A stretch of DNA of 64,000 nucleotides from Podarcis erhardii. Its lineage: Eukaryota. Numbering within the stretch: the first letter of the stretch is position 1; each line of letters starts with the position of its first letter. The translations under genes were made by a program, and so were the position numbers. Shown in pieces: positions 49,706 through 63,283 of the stretch. The notes below the pieces were generated by a model. That model searched no databases. It was not told the DNA's origin and was given only the letters and a program-made list of their open reading frames with translations. The DNA is taken from the NCBI GenBank assembly GCA_964252035.1, contig OZ176204.1, one strand, 5' to 3'.

Positions 49706-49977
49706 CCTGGGGAGAAAAGCAAAGAGTGCAATGAGAAGGGAACCACGGCGAGAGCTGAATATTTGCATTTTAACTGTCTAATCAGGTGTCTTTCAGGGGA
49801 CAGGGGACCACATGCATGTGCAGCCACTAAGTTCAGGAGTGGGGAACCTGTAATCCTCTAGATATTTCTTAGTTTCAACTTCCATCAGCCCCAGCCAGCA
49901 TAGCCAAATGTCAGGGATGATGGGTGTTGTAGTCCAACAGAATGTGGAGGGCCATCACCTACGCTAGGTCGTAAACA

Positions 49978-50523
49978 GGCCAAAATGGGGAAGCTGAACT
50001 GCAAGTCACAACAGCAGCGGGACAAGGGTTGGACGGAAAACTGGGGGAGATCCAGAAGAGGAGGGAATCCTGCAGCAAAACCAGTCAGAGGCTGAGGTCT
50101 GGGACGTAGATCCCATCTAAAAGATGGAGGCTGGACTGAGGATGTAGGCAATGCTGCTTCAAAGGATAATGCTGACAAGCAAGGAGAGGAGGAGCAGGAA
50201 GGTAGACTGACAAGCTTCTCCACATGGGGCAAGGCCAAGAAGCCACAGAAAGACTAGAGCCTACTAACACAGAACCTGGACCTGGAAGCATGAATGGGTG
50301 GGCAGGCAGGACAGCACGGCTTCTATAGCCTCTATAGCCTCAGAGAGGGGAAGCCAGTGGTTCACAGCCTAAGAGGATCCCAGCTTGAATCTTGGCATTA
50401 TGAATTCTTAGCCTACATTGCACAGGTGCTGGTTGCAGCATCTGCTATGAAGTCAGAAATTCTGACCCTAATCTAGTGGCACACATTTCTGTCTAGCACT
50501 CGTGTCAGGACCCTGCTATTACA
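49978..50523 (+). mobile_element. LTR-like element
   Basis: Purine-rich block with abrupt boundaries ending ...ccctgctattaca. Composition similar to the 46030 element. Confidence 0.35.
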
Positions 50524-51444
50524 ATGGTGAATCATCAAGCACTTCACAAGGCAGGCAGAGGTACTATTCAAGCACTTCTCTCTCCCAAGATGGAGAGACA
50601 AGACCCCAGTGTGCAATTATCAAGTCTTTGTTAAGCCTCCAGGCCTCAGGAGCTCACAGCCTCAACAAATGATGACTTTTGAAAATTCCACTGTGCATGT
50701 TTTGACTCTCAAAGAACACTTATTTTCATTTTGCGTATTGCATCTTTTCAAAGCATTAAAGCAGATCATTTTGCCTAAGTTTCAGTTCTAGGTAAGGTGG
50801 GGGGAGGAGAACAGCAATTCAGTTGAGGCGGCCTGTCTAAGGAGTGTAAAAACCTAAATTTGGCTACTACTGTCTATTGGGATTCATCTGTAATTAATAC
50901 TTTCCTTTTAGAAAAGCTCATCTTTTAGAACCAACAAAAATTAACCCAATGACCAGATGCAGTGGAAAGCTGGCTATTGACCTAAGTGGTATTTAAACAT
51001 GAAATCTTTAAAGTGGAAACATCGTGTCCAAGCACAATCAACAACCTATTTAAGAGGCACCTGTGGGAACTGCAAAAATGGAAACAGTTGAAATAATAAT
51101 GACTCCGGTATGTAAGTACCTTTACTGTACTATGAGGCATGGTGTTTCCATCTTGCTGAATACCCATAGGTGTCAGACTTTTAAATAGCAATCCTAATGG
51201 ACATGGTTTACTGAAATTCTTTATGTGGGAAATACACAAGTGAATTTGCTGCCTTTTCCGAAATATGCCTCTTTTTACTGAACAGAAACTTTGCCAATAT
51301 TTCCAAGATAAAAATGAGGCCACTGTCACACCCTCAGGCCCAAGGTACACAAAAAGTTTACTAGCATATTAACCATGCTTAGGACTGTAACTGTGAATGT
51401 GCAACAAAGCACTGCCTTCTTGTCCAAATTCCCTCCTCTCTCCT

Positions 51445-51660
51445 GGAGAGCTAGCGTGGTGTAGTGGTTAAGAGCGGTAGACTCGTAATCTGGTGAACGG
51501 GGTTTGCATCCCCGCTCCTCCACATGCAGCTGCTGGGTGACCTTGGGCTAATCACACTTCTCTGAAGCTCTCAGCCTCATTCACCTCACAGAGTGTTTGT
51601 TGTGGGGGAGGAAGGGAAAGGAGATTGTTAGCCGCTTTGAGACTCCTTTGTTAAAGCGGG

Positions 51661-51709
<49 letters not shown>

Positions 51710-52236
51710 TTTTTATTTATACCCCACCCTCCCCAGCCAAGGCCGGGCTCAGAGCGGCTTACAAGCAATAATAAAAACAAGTTGAATGATTACAACTTAA
51801 AAACAACATTAAAATACAACATTAAAATATTTAAACATTAAAATATTAAAATATAGCCTCGTCGTAGGAGGAGAAGGAAAGGAAAAAAGAAAGAGAGGGA
51901 GGGAATCAAATTGGCTCCAAGCCAAAGGCCAGGCGGAACAACTCCGTCTTACAGGCCCTGCGGAAAGAAATCAGATCCTGCAGGGCCCTGGTCTCATGAG
52001 GCAGAGAGTTCCACCAGGCCGGAGCCAGAGTTGAAAAGGCCCTGGCTCTGGTTGAAGCCAATCTAACTTCCTTAGGGCCCGAGACCACTAGGGTGTTGCT
52101 ATTTATGGACCTTGAGGCTCTCCGTGGGGCATACCGGGAGAGGCGGTCTCGTAGGTACGAGGGTCCTAGGCCGTGAAGGGCTTTAAAGGTCAAAAGCAGC
52201 AAATATCAAATCCAAACTCTTCTTCTTCTTCTTCTT
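51445..52236 (+). mobile_element. Squam3-type tRNA-derived SINE split by an L2 insertion
   Basis: Head ggagagctagcgtggtgtagtggttaagagc (A box), body to aaagcggg at 51660. The tail caaatccaaactc(ttc)n resumes at 52207. Confidence 0.85.
51665..52202 (-). mobile_element. L2 LINE 3' fragment, different subfamily from the 11401 copy
   Basis: ORF LLLTFKALHGLGPSYLRDRL...RAFSTLAPAWWNSLP...FRRACKTELF, (ATT)15 tail, flanked by atat at 51661-51664 and 52203-52206. Confidence 0.92.
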
Positions 52237-52239
52237 TTC

Positions 52240-52585
52240 ATCATCACTAACCATAATGACTATTAGCATCACCAGCATCAAAGTCAACACTGCCTTCATC
52301 CCAATTCACAGGCCAGTTTACAATATAAAAACACAAAAATACGTATCATAATGACGAACATTAACAATACCCCCACAGACAGTTGAAAAGGCCATAGACT
52401 TAATTAGCCAAAGGCCCGGTTTAAGAAGAAGGTTTTTGCCTGGTGATTAAAGATATATAATGAAAGCGTCTAGTGAACCTTCCTGGGAAGAACATTCTAC
52501 AAATGAGGAACCATTGCAGAAAAGGCCTGTTCTCCTGTGGCCACCCCTCTGGACCTCTCACAGAGAAAGCACAAAATTAAGGGCC
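52240..52585 (-). mobile_element. Older L2 3' remnant
   Basis: aagaagaaggtttttgcctgg...ttctacaaatgaggaaccattgcagaaaaggcc matches the reverse of an L2 3' region. Confidence 0.6.
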
Positions 52586-54282
52586 TTGGATCGGTGTATT
52601 TTGTGTCTGTGACATGCAGAACTAAAAGACTATTATCCAGTAGTTAAACAGATTACTTCAATTGCATCTGTCCTGAAAGCCCTGGTGCAAACTAGATGGA
52701 CCGCTTTAACTATGTCTCCACTACTCAACCACCTATGGAGAAAGTCAAGGAAGAGTTATGATCAAGGAAATTACCCGACTAAAATGGAGACATACAGCTG
52801 TCTCCCATCATAAAAAGCCTTGAGAATGAGAGAAATTGTGAGAGCTAAGCAAAGGCACTTCAAGCAAAGGGAAAAGCCACACAATTCCACAAGCTAAATG
52901 GACACCTGGCAGAAGAAAACAAGTTGCTAGATGAGAGAAAAGAGGAGGCGAAAGTGAAAAAACACAGCTGCTCACAGCTCTCAAATTGTTCATGTTTCCA
53001 TCTGGAACATGAAACGTCCCCTTTATTCACCAAATGTCTCCTTCATTCTGTCCCCTCAAACCTCAATGTTTGCTCCTAACATTTGTGTTTGAAGGGACTG
53101 CAAAGCACTGGAGGGGACCTACATTGTTGAACTCCCATCAGCCCCAGCCAGCATGGCCAATGGCCAGGGATGAACAAGATTTGGAGGGTCACGGGTTCCC
53201 CATTCCTGCAGCAGAACCTTGAAGTTCAAGCTCTTGTGTTGAATGAAACCTATGCCAGATGAATTTTAATTATGATATGAAGGAAACAGAATTTAAAAGG
53301 TTCCGCCGTTTTGCGAGGGAGATTTTATTTTTTTTAAGGCAAGCGTCTTAATCAGACAGTGAGCTGAGTCAGTAGCATGCTATTTTTAAAATCAGTTTTA
53401 TGCACAAAATTTTATTCACATGCAGCATTTTTCAGTAGGCTTCTGTCTCTCTCCAATTTGTTCATTCTTCATCATAGGCCTGACAATATATTATGCACTC
53501 TTGGCCTCTTTAGCACAGCTACTTGGCAGGCAGATCTGCACTTTATAAGATTACTTTTTAAGACTTGCAATAATACCAAAGCCCCTATTGCCTTTGAAGT
53601 CAACACTGGCAAGCTAAGTTAACAGAAGACCATTGCCCACGCATGCTTTTTATCTGACAGCTGCAGACTCAATTTCCCTTCTCTAAAAATATGCTTGTAA
53701 TATGGTGATATACGCTTGTGCTCATGCATGTACACAGGGGAGTAATAAGGTAAGCATTGCTGACAATTGTCCAAAATGTTCATAGTACATAAAGTCTGGG
53801 GAGTGTTAGCAGTCTTCCCCAACCTGGTGCTCTCCAGATTTCTTTTCAAACTACTCCCTTCATCCCTCACCACTGGCTACCACTGGGTCACAGTGCTAGA
53901 AACTCAGATACTGTATATAAGCTAGGCGCCATAGGGCTCATTAAACCAGGGTTACAGTCACCAAAATGGAATGTCTAGTTGCCATTTTCGGGCCAAAGAG
54001 CTCGAAAGTCGTATTTTTCAGTGTGACTTTTGGGTGCCTGAAATTCATTCTGATTGTGCAGATAAAATATAACAGAAAGAATTCTACAGGTTGTGTCGCT
54101 AGTGTGTGAAAACAGTCAAGATCCAAGGATCCCTAGACACGCACCTCCAGATGAAGAAGATATCACACGCCATCCTGGGACCTGAGCATCTTCACTTGGT
54201 CGCAAGTGGCCAATAGCTAAGTGCAAAATGTGCTTGGTGCCTGGCAAATTTTGAATGCTTATGGGTCACAAGATGTAGCCAC

Positions 54283-54415
54283 CTCGCCAAAGCTATGGGG
54301 GATCTGGGTCTAGTCAGCGCCTGGATGGGAAATGGCACAGGAATTCTATGTATGCCACCTTGAATTCCATGTTGGAAGAAAAGAGGGATGCAAATGTCCT
54401 AAATACAGCAATAAA
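54283..54415 (+). mobile_element. Degenerate 5S rRNA-derived SINE (SINE3-like)
   Basis: aagctatgggggatctgggtctagtcagcgcctggatggga resembles the 5S box A-IE-box C region (AAGCTAAGCAGGGTCGGGCCTGGTTAGTACTTGGATGGGA). A-rich tail follows. Confidence 0.5.
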
Positions 54416-56877
54416 AAAATCTTGCCAATCTGCTTAGCCAGGGTGAAAAAGCAGAAGCAGGCTGCAGGATTGCTTGATCCTTCTCCTTTGGCAGAACTCA
54501 TTTACTCTTGCAGAGTCTGACCATGCTTAGAGCTGGGTTCTCTCTTAAGCTAGCATCTGAAACCAACCGAGGTGTCAGATCATCGGATAAGCAGAACTCT
54601 GGTTAATTAACTACAGTTCACACCAATGTCATGTAACAGCTAGTCAGTAATGGCCTAAAGGGGGGATTTGCACTCCAGATGATGTAAGGAAGGAGCATGT
54701 TATCTTGCAGCCTGCACCCAATTACCGGTACTTGAGCATGATTAAGCAATTGGGCAGCCTTACATCTGAACTAGCCCAGGCAGTTTATTGCCAGAGATAC
54801 ACATACACACATACCCTAGGAAGTCATAACGAACACCCACCACAAGCAAAATTATCATAAGTAGACCATGAAAAAACTGAACAAGCTTAGCGCAAGTGAT
54901 CTTCCCCATGCAGGAAAGAAAGAACACAGCAGCAGAAAGGGCTAACTGTGGGGAAAGCCAATAATTTTTGAATGGAACAGCCCCCAGAGATGCTACGTTA
55001 GGCCCATTACTAAACTAGGTCCTTTGAATCGAAAAATGAAAGAGCCCCTGAGCAGCAGCTGGTGCGTTGTTTTCTAAAGAGGCAAAGCTCGCCCCTGCCC
55101 ATTGAGAAGCTGTTGCATTCTTTTCTAGCAAGGCTCATGCCCCTGCACTGCAGTTTTTGCAGGCAGCCTTGTTTGGTCAGCATCGGAGATCAGAATCGAA
55201 AAACGCATTACAGCGGAGCAAATCAAAGCAGCTTCTCTGAAGGGAGGGAAAGTCAGGTACAAAATAAAGGGAGGCAGCATTCTCGTCTTCAGCAGCCTCC
55301 TCAAACCTGGTGTGTACAGAAAGGATGCAACTTTTGCATGGGGCTTAATTCTTGAAGAAGTGGAGACGCAGGGCTCAGGTCATACCTGCTGACCAACTGG
55401 GAGGGGGCATCTTTCTCTGGGACCATTGAAGCAAGGTATACCTACAGAAACCCTATAAAGTAGATAACGCAGAAATGGAATGTCAACCAGTGAGTTTAGT
55501 GTCTGAATGAGGACCTGAACTCATGTCTCTCCAGTCCAAGCACAGCACTCCATTTATTTACTGTTATTCAATTTTTTATATCCCTTCTTTCTAATGTGTT
55601 TGTATTAGTGTAACAAATAAGCATCAAAATGCTAAAATCCAAAGCACACACAAACACAGTATAACAACCAAACCACATTAAAACCAAGCTTAGCAAATTA
55701 AAAGCCCTGAACAAGGTTCACCACATAAAACTGACCAGCATGCCAAAAGCACCTGACCAGCATGCCAAAAGCTGGTTGACCAAGAACATTTCCAGCAAAC
55801 AGTGTAAAGTGGTGAGGAAAAAGTTACGTATCCTCTAAATTGTACATTTCTAAGTACTAGGAACACAGCAGTGATGGTGGATAGTAGCAGAGAGAAACCA
55901 ACAAGGCTGGTTAAGAATCAATATAAAGAGCTAATTTTAAAAAGTCAAGGAATACTTGTGCTCTCCAAGCAGTATTTAGCCTCAGTGTATAAACTGGCTG
56001 AGATCAATAGTCAACTTCTAGGCAGCTCAAAACAGGTCAAGAGAGGCATGCCCGTCGTTCTTTCTTCCACCTGTGCTTCATCCCTGCTGAGATTTGGGGA
56101 TTTGCAGAGCAGGGAGAAGAAGTTAGTTTTAGTCAGAATAACTGGGCTAAAAAATCCAGGTTTTGAAGAACAGAAACAAAAATTAAAATCAAACTTGTCC
56201 TCTTCCAGGGTTTCAAGAAATGGTAGCATTTGAATGGCTTCTGCTTGTAAAAGAGCAGGTGGTTTAGAGAAGGCTCTAAGCATGCAAGCCTACATGCAGT
56301 GGGGGACAGAATCACATTCCACACACCTGCTTCCTTGCCCCATCTCTGGACCCACTAGATGTCCAGTGCATTTGATAAAATATTTGCATAGGATCTATGC
56401 AACAGAATTGTTCCTTGGGAATTATTTTCATTAATGACCACATAATCCAGTATCTTAACAATTTCATTCACCACTGTTGTCCTGGCGAGTGCCACAAGTC
56501 CAGATCCACCTCCACAGCCTGGAGCTGCAAGTGGGAGAATGACCACAGCACCACTCCCAAATGTTTTTGAATTAAGTGTGTGACTTGGCTATGTGGTCCA
56601 TCACTCTGTTCTGGCTCCAGGGGGTGGGATGTAACAGAGATGCCTTGGTACCATACTCCCTAGGTGCCCCAAGTAGCCAACAAACACAAAGCCAAGGCAA
56701 ACCCAGTTTTCCCTTCCTGCTTCTGAGCTTGGAGTTGAAGGTGGCAGCAGGGAAATGTCACTGACATCACACTGTGTTTCACAGGTGCACCGTCAAGGAG
56801 AACATGTCCACTGCTTAGTGGTCCACAAAGTTTGGCTTGCTCTTCACTTTTAATTTCACTCTTAATCACTCTTGATA

Positions 56878-56940
56878 ATACTATACTATACTATACTATA
56901 CTATACTATACTATACTATACTATACTATACTATACTATA
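56878..56940. repeat. (CTATA)12 pentanucleotide microsatellite
   Basis: Direct reading. Confidence 0.97.
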
Positions 56941-57696
56941 CACATGGATATTCAACTTGCAAAATATAGGTGGCTATTGTGGAGTTTGGGGAAAAGACAA
57001 ATAGAGAGGAATGAACTTGCTCAGTGTCCCACAAAAAGCTCAATAATTTTTGTCCTGGTATTGCACTGCACCAACAGTTCATCTAGCCCAGTATTATCAG
57101 GCACAGGTTTTCCCCATCCCTACTTCCAGGGATCTCAACACTACATCTCTCTTTTCATCTATTCAAAATTCAGAATAGCATTGCCCGCTAGGTTTAATAA
57201 AGCATTAAATATTCTCCTCATTTTAAAGCTCATAACCAGTGACAGATCAGAGAAGATGATCACTGTACATTAGGTGCCCCCAAGAGAGCTAATCAGCAAT
57301 ACTAGATGCTGTGTGCAATATACACTTTCGGAAAAGTACATTCTCATCTCAGTTAGAATTCACAAGCCAATTAGTGTCAGCAGGGAGAAAAAGCAAAAAG
57401 TATGCAAGGCTGTTAAAAAGAATGTTAACGCCATTAAAAAACAACAACCCAAATACTGCATTTAAGAAAATGTTCTGTGTTTCTCGCCAATTTTAATTGC
57501 TTTGCAGCCATATGCAAGTTTCCTTCTGAAATGCAAGCTTACAAAGTTTCTAGCCCTCACAGCTAGGGAAAACTGGGCAAGCAGGACGGCGGTCTGAAAA
57601 AGTAATCAGAGGATAAGAAGAAGATCTATACTGTATAGTATAAGTTCCAGTCAGGTCTCTTCATTAGACCTCACATGCACTTTTAAGGCCTTAGGC

Positions 57697-57900
57697 CAGA
57701 GCTTTCTAAACCTTTCATGTTGGTGACACTTTTTAGACATGCATCATGTTGCAACACAGTAATTCAGTTTAACTAGCAAACCGGAGGTTAAACTAACCCC
57801 TTTCCAGCCCTGGGAGGAGTGTGGTGATCATCCGTGTGACACATTTACACTCTGCAGCTGGCACACTAACAGGTCGTGACAGACAGTTTGGAAAGCTCTG
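57697..57900. mobile_element. hAT MITE
   Basis: TIRs CAGAGCTTTCTAAAC / GTTTGGAAAGCTCTG and degenerate 8-bp TSD ccttaggc / ccttgtgc. Confidence 0.8.
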
Positions 57901-60568
57901 CCTTGTGCACTTCCAGACTGTTATTTTGTGGACAGAATTTAGCTGCATACCAGCAAATTCAAGCTGTGCATTTAAAGTGCATTTGATGATCTTGCCCAAG
58001 AAACTTGCTTCCAAAAACAGCCTCTGGACTTTTTGAGATAAGGAAAGTGATGGGAAAATGTGCTGGAAACTGTGGGGTAACAATGCAATGTCTTTAAACT
58101 TCTCCGCAAATCAGGATGAACGCTCAATAAGCAGGTAATCTGGAAGCGACCTTCATACGGCAGGATATGCACAATTTATTTTATTGTGAGTGCTGAAAAT
58201 AGTGTGTTTGTGTCTTCCCAGGTTTCTGGTTCTAACCTTGTGTAGAGGTTCTAACCTCTACCTATTTCTGCCAAGCAAAATAGCCTCTCCCCTAACAATA
58301 CAAGGGTGAAGTAGCTGAAAAAGAGCACAACTTTGTGGATTATCCTGTGATGCTCTTATGCCAGTTGCACTACCATTCTGCCTGCTAGAAAAACACAACT
58401 CCACCAACTCCAAAGCAAATGGGGTAGGATCAGGGTAGGAAAATCCATGGCTGTTTTAGCTTTCATAGCTGACCGAGATGGCACAAAGCTGGAGTAGCTG
58501 CAAATGAGACAACATGACTCTCAAACAAAGGAAACAGAATCTGTGACCCAACTGAAGACAGGTGATCATGCACAGGTGCATAGCCTTTTGATTTATGGTG
58601 GAGTATTTTCAAAGAAAAGGCAGGGGAGGGGGGGAAAGCAGGATAACAGGCAAGGAAAGCAAACAACACAGCATCTGCTGTATCCCGTTCAACCACCACA
58701 ATGGTCAAGCCTTTCAAGATTTACATGTGGCGTTTCCGTGAAGCAATCCAAGTTTTAATATCTTTTTCAGTATTGGTCAGTTTCAAGTGGAGCAAGTCAA
58801 ACCTGCACCCAAACTCCATTGTGCAGGTACCACAAATGAGAATTAACTGCACATTCACATGAAATGGGGCAGCAGCATAGAGGCACTGATATAATGTATT
58901 TGTAGAAGGCAGCAGCAACAACAGAAACCAACTGCAGGAGAGCTAATTTAGCTATGATGTGGACATCCAACACTTGCAATTCACAGATCTCAACCTTCAG
59001 CACAGCAATTCATGTGTCTGAGTGGGCAGCAGTGGGCAAGACAGATTGTCGCTGCTGGTTAAGTTGCCCAGAGCTGTCTTTCCCAGGACTGCTTCACTGC
59101 CGCCTTCACTCACCTTGACATTTTTTTCCAGCATCACTAGGTAAAAGATTGCCCACAGTGCTTGCATTATTAATCTGAATTACATTTCTGAAGATGATGA
59201 AATTTTGTACCAGCATAATTTCTTTGATGGTGCTGAAGCTAATATTTCATCATACTAATTCCAACCAAGGGGGAAAGCCTGAAAGCCATCACTCCAGCTA
59301 AGTCACTGCCTGATCCCCATCAGAAACCCATGCCACTACCACCCCACAACTAATCCCCCCCCCAGCTATTATATGCATAGCCTTGCCTCCTGTCATCAGC
59401 CTCTGCCCCAGGCATGAGATCTAAAATGACAGATGCCAAGATTTTATTCATCCTTTCACCTAGGACAACTTATTATCTCCTTGGGTCCAGCAGATTCTGC
59501 TGTGGCCTTGAGGGGACACCTTTCCTAGAGAACACCTGCTCTGAAAACCAGCAGCTCCAAATGCATAATGCAATTAAACCTAAATTATATAAGAAGACAA
59601 ACAGGCTCAAGAGCCCTAGTGCTATTTCCATCTCTCTCAGTAAAGCACTGCATCAGTCAGCCAACAAAACTCGGATTGATTGACATAAGTGAGAACACAA
59701 GTATGCTACCCCCTTTTTTTTTTTGGCTAAAACATATTAAGGATCAGGTTATCTAAACTCAAGTCACATGGATGTAGCACCAATTAGAAAGGCAAGACCT
59801 TCAAGGCACTATGTAATTAACATTGCTGATAACCATTCAAATCAAAGTAATATGCAGCTACTTCTTACAATGCCCACCTGAAATTTATTAGCTGTAATTA
59901 GGGATGCTAGAGGATTCTGACGAAAACACAAACAGAAGCGAAAATTGCTGGCATTTGCTAATTCATCCTATGCCTGAAATGGAAATTGATCAAGCAAATA
60001 CCAAATGGAAATTGCTGCTGTTGTTTTCAGTCCACAAACAATATGTAATTCATGACTCCCCTGTTTCCAATTGAATCATGTTTCCTTTGCATTGAAAAGA
60101 ATGCTACGGAAACAATTGCATCATTAATTGCATTAAATTTGTAACTTACATAAATGACATAAATAATAACAAAGTACATTAAATAGAGGACAGTGAGACA
60201 AAAAAGGTAGCATTTGGGGGGAAACAAACTGCAGCAGAACAGAAACAGCGCTGATTGTGACAAAGGCCAGTCGGATTGGAAACTGTTGCATTCTTACACC
60301 CACAGCTTATTTCCCACAGTCCACCACTCTATTTAAAACACAATCACAGAGCCCATTACTGCCAATAAGCTTGAGCCACATTGGCGTACTCTAAGTTAAG
60401 TCCATCACTGCCTACGCAAACAGTCCACTCTTCAAATGCTCCCCAATATTGGGGGGGGGGGTAATAAATGTTGGCTGATCTGGCCAGGTTGCTAGGGATT
60501 ACAACTAGACAATGCATGTGAACTAAACACTTGAAAGCACTCTACAAAGGCTAAGTAGCATTGCATTA

Positions 60569-60921
60569 CAGTGGTGCCTCGCAAGACAAAAAGAATCCGT
60601 TCCGCGATTCTCTTTGTCTAGCGGTTTTTTCGTCTTGCGAAGCAAGCCCATTGACAGCTTAGCAGATTAGCGCTATTAGCAGTCTAGCAGCTTTTAGCGA
60701 TCAGCTGTTAAGCGGCTTATCAGTGGAACAGCTGATAAGCGGCTTAGCGGCTTAGGGAAGGGGGGAAAGTGAAAAAAACCCGCAGGAACTCGCAAGATTT
60801 TTTCGTCTTGTGAAGCAACCCCATAGAGAAATTCGTTTAGCAAAGCGCCTCCAAAACGGAAAACCCTTTCGTCTAGCAGGTTTTCCGTCTTGCGAGGTGT
60901 TCGTCTTGCGGGGCACCACTG
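60569..60921 (+). mobile_element. pogo/Tigger-like MITE, family B
   Basis: Paralog of 19309-19665 in the same orientation, TA TSD. Confidence 0.9.
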
Positions 60922-63283
60922 TATTATGATGATTAAGATTAATCACGGGGCTAAATCCAACTCTCAGTAAAAATAAAAATGCATTTCCATGTACCTGCCT
61001 TACAGCTCAACCTTCTTTTTCCATGTTAAAGAACAGAGAAGCAGAAGAAGAGTAAATGTGTTCCATGTTTAAAAACAAGACTGAGTTCCACAACTGCTTC
61101 AGTATTTACCAGAATTACTGTTAATCAGGATAAGACAATGGGCCAAGTCTTCACAGCAAGCCCCAACTCTGTTCACTGCCTCAGAACCCTGTTGAACTCA
61201 AGTGCCATTTCCATGCAGCACTTTAAGCTGAGGTTGTTCATCCTTGCTGGAGGTGCAATTCAAGCATACAACAGTTTTCCAGCATAGCTAAAATCACTTC
61301 CAAATTAAACAGCCTAATCTCATACACATTTCTACTGAGAAGCAGAGTCCTACTGAGTTTTATGGGACTTACTCCCAAGTTTAGGGGCTACAGGATAGCA
61401 GCCTAAACCTCAATTTCTTTCATTTTGCAGGGCCAGGCATAAGACAGGATTAGTTTTGTATTATACCTTGTGATCCTTTGCTTCTGTGAGAAAAGCTAAG
61501 TCAACAAGAGATGTCTGCCTTACCACTAACTTTTTTTTTGTATTTAAGGAGTGTAATTCATTATGTTTACTAAATAGCAACCCTGCAAATTCTACTTTTG
61601 AAGGAGCTAATTTACTATTAAACTGAGCCATGTGGCACCAAGACAATTAGCATGACTATAGAGTGGCAATGCTATATTAAAGACAAAACAGTAAAGAATA
61701 TCTGAATAAACCTTGCATATGCTTTCTTCCATAAGTAACAGGTGTTTTATTATTTCTAATTAAACCTTTTACGCTTATACGATTTTTAAAATGATGAATT
61801 TTTACACAGGACTCATTCTTCTCATCCAAACAGCTAAGCACTTATTTATAATTTCTTGAAGACAAATCCAGCCAACATGATGAAAATCAAATTATCGATC
61901 AAGAAAAAAAGTAATTAATGTACAAAATCTATATCCCATTTTCTGACTAAGCCTCGCAAATAATGGATTCAAGCTCACTCAGTAAATCTTCTTATTCACA
62001 AAGCAATTTTCAACCCAGAGGAAGCAAGGTTTCCTCTGCAATCCTAAGCACAGACCAAAAAGCAGGCAATGTCCAATGATCTCTACGTCTGTAAAATGGT
62101 GCAGAATTGCATTGGAAGCTGGAATCGTGCAGAATCAAACAAAAAACCTTCATTAGCAATGTAACCACTTCAGACACTCTTGCGAACAGTGGGTATGCTG
62201 TTAAGAGTTAAATACAGATCAAAGAAGCAGAATTTATGTCTTTAAATTGCAGTCTTGAGTAGGCTTGAAAAGTTGCTGTAGCTAGCAAGTGCTATGAGTG
62301 TATGTCTGAGGAAAATTGAGCAAGTCGGAAAGAAAGAGAAGAGAAAAAATGAAAGACGTTTAATATACCATTGATTTCATGAAGAGTGAATGTATTGATG
62401 GTGCTGTGAATAGATGTGTGTCGATCTGAACTTTTTCTATGATTTATTACTGTAGGTCCTGGCATGAGTAAAAAGGTTGGAATAACTTAATATGACAAGA
62501 GAACCTTCGTTATGAACTTTATTGACCCTGGTACTACCAGTCTGACCTCAAGATGTGTCCTGGAAGGCATTCAGAAGACAATTATCATATGTAAAGATCA
62601 TCATATGTAAACCTAGCTCCCATTAAAATCTACTTAACATCTGAATGGATGTCATTATTCTTATTCTTATTTATTAAATTTATATACCACCCTTTATCTG
62701 CAGATCACAAGAAAATGTCAGGACCCAAAGGCATTCTGGGTAAATTAGGAGAGTAACTACTACTGCTGTATTTCTCTTACTAATGGCAGCAATATTTTCT
62801 TTAATCAAAACAAAACAGCTCCAGCAGGCCTCCTGTGTCCCTGCATGCCAGATAATGGGCAATCTACAAAAGCATGCCATCATGAGGCTTACATTGCTTG
62901 GCACATGAAGGAGACTGAGGTGATAGTCTCCTGGACCACACTACTGCAGACTTCAGGTGGGGGTGAATGATCTCTGAAAGTCCTTCACATGCAACCATTT
63001 CCCTGCAAGGAGCAGCTCAGAACCTGCCTGGCCCACTTCCTTCTCTGTTAGTTCTCCATTTTTAGCAATGTGAAGTTTGTTTTTTAAACGTAGGGAGATA
63101 TTTTTAGAAAATTATTGTGGCACTTGTACTCTGAAGCAGGACACCCCAGAACTCCATTATAGTCTCACGATTCGGTCGCCGCATTTCACATGTATAGTCC
63201 AGGCCTTAATGCTTCCTGCAAAGACAGAGCTGAATTGTGTCACGTTTTAATGATGGAAAGCTACTCCAAGCACAAATCTGTTA

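Noticed and set aside
49707-49768. 21-aa N-terminal extension (MQIFSSRRGSLLIALFAFLPR) in the ORF track
   Set aside because: It runs through the pyrimidine tract and AG acceptor of exon 2. Orthologs start at the Met after one UTR nucleotide, so this is intronic read-through.
55731-55772. 20-bp tandem duplication ctgaccagcatgccaaaagc
   Set aside because: Simple local slippage duplication with only two units.
56872-57273. 133-aa ORF starting MIILYYTILYY
   Set aside because: The frame is kept open by the (CTATA)n repeat; no protein-like features.
61467-61483. 17-nt candidate exon (cttttctcacAG|AAGCAAAGGATCACAAG|gtataa) in intron 1
   Set aside because: Weak donor, no ATG and no independent support; expected by chance in a long intron.
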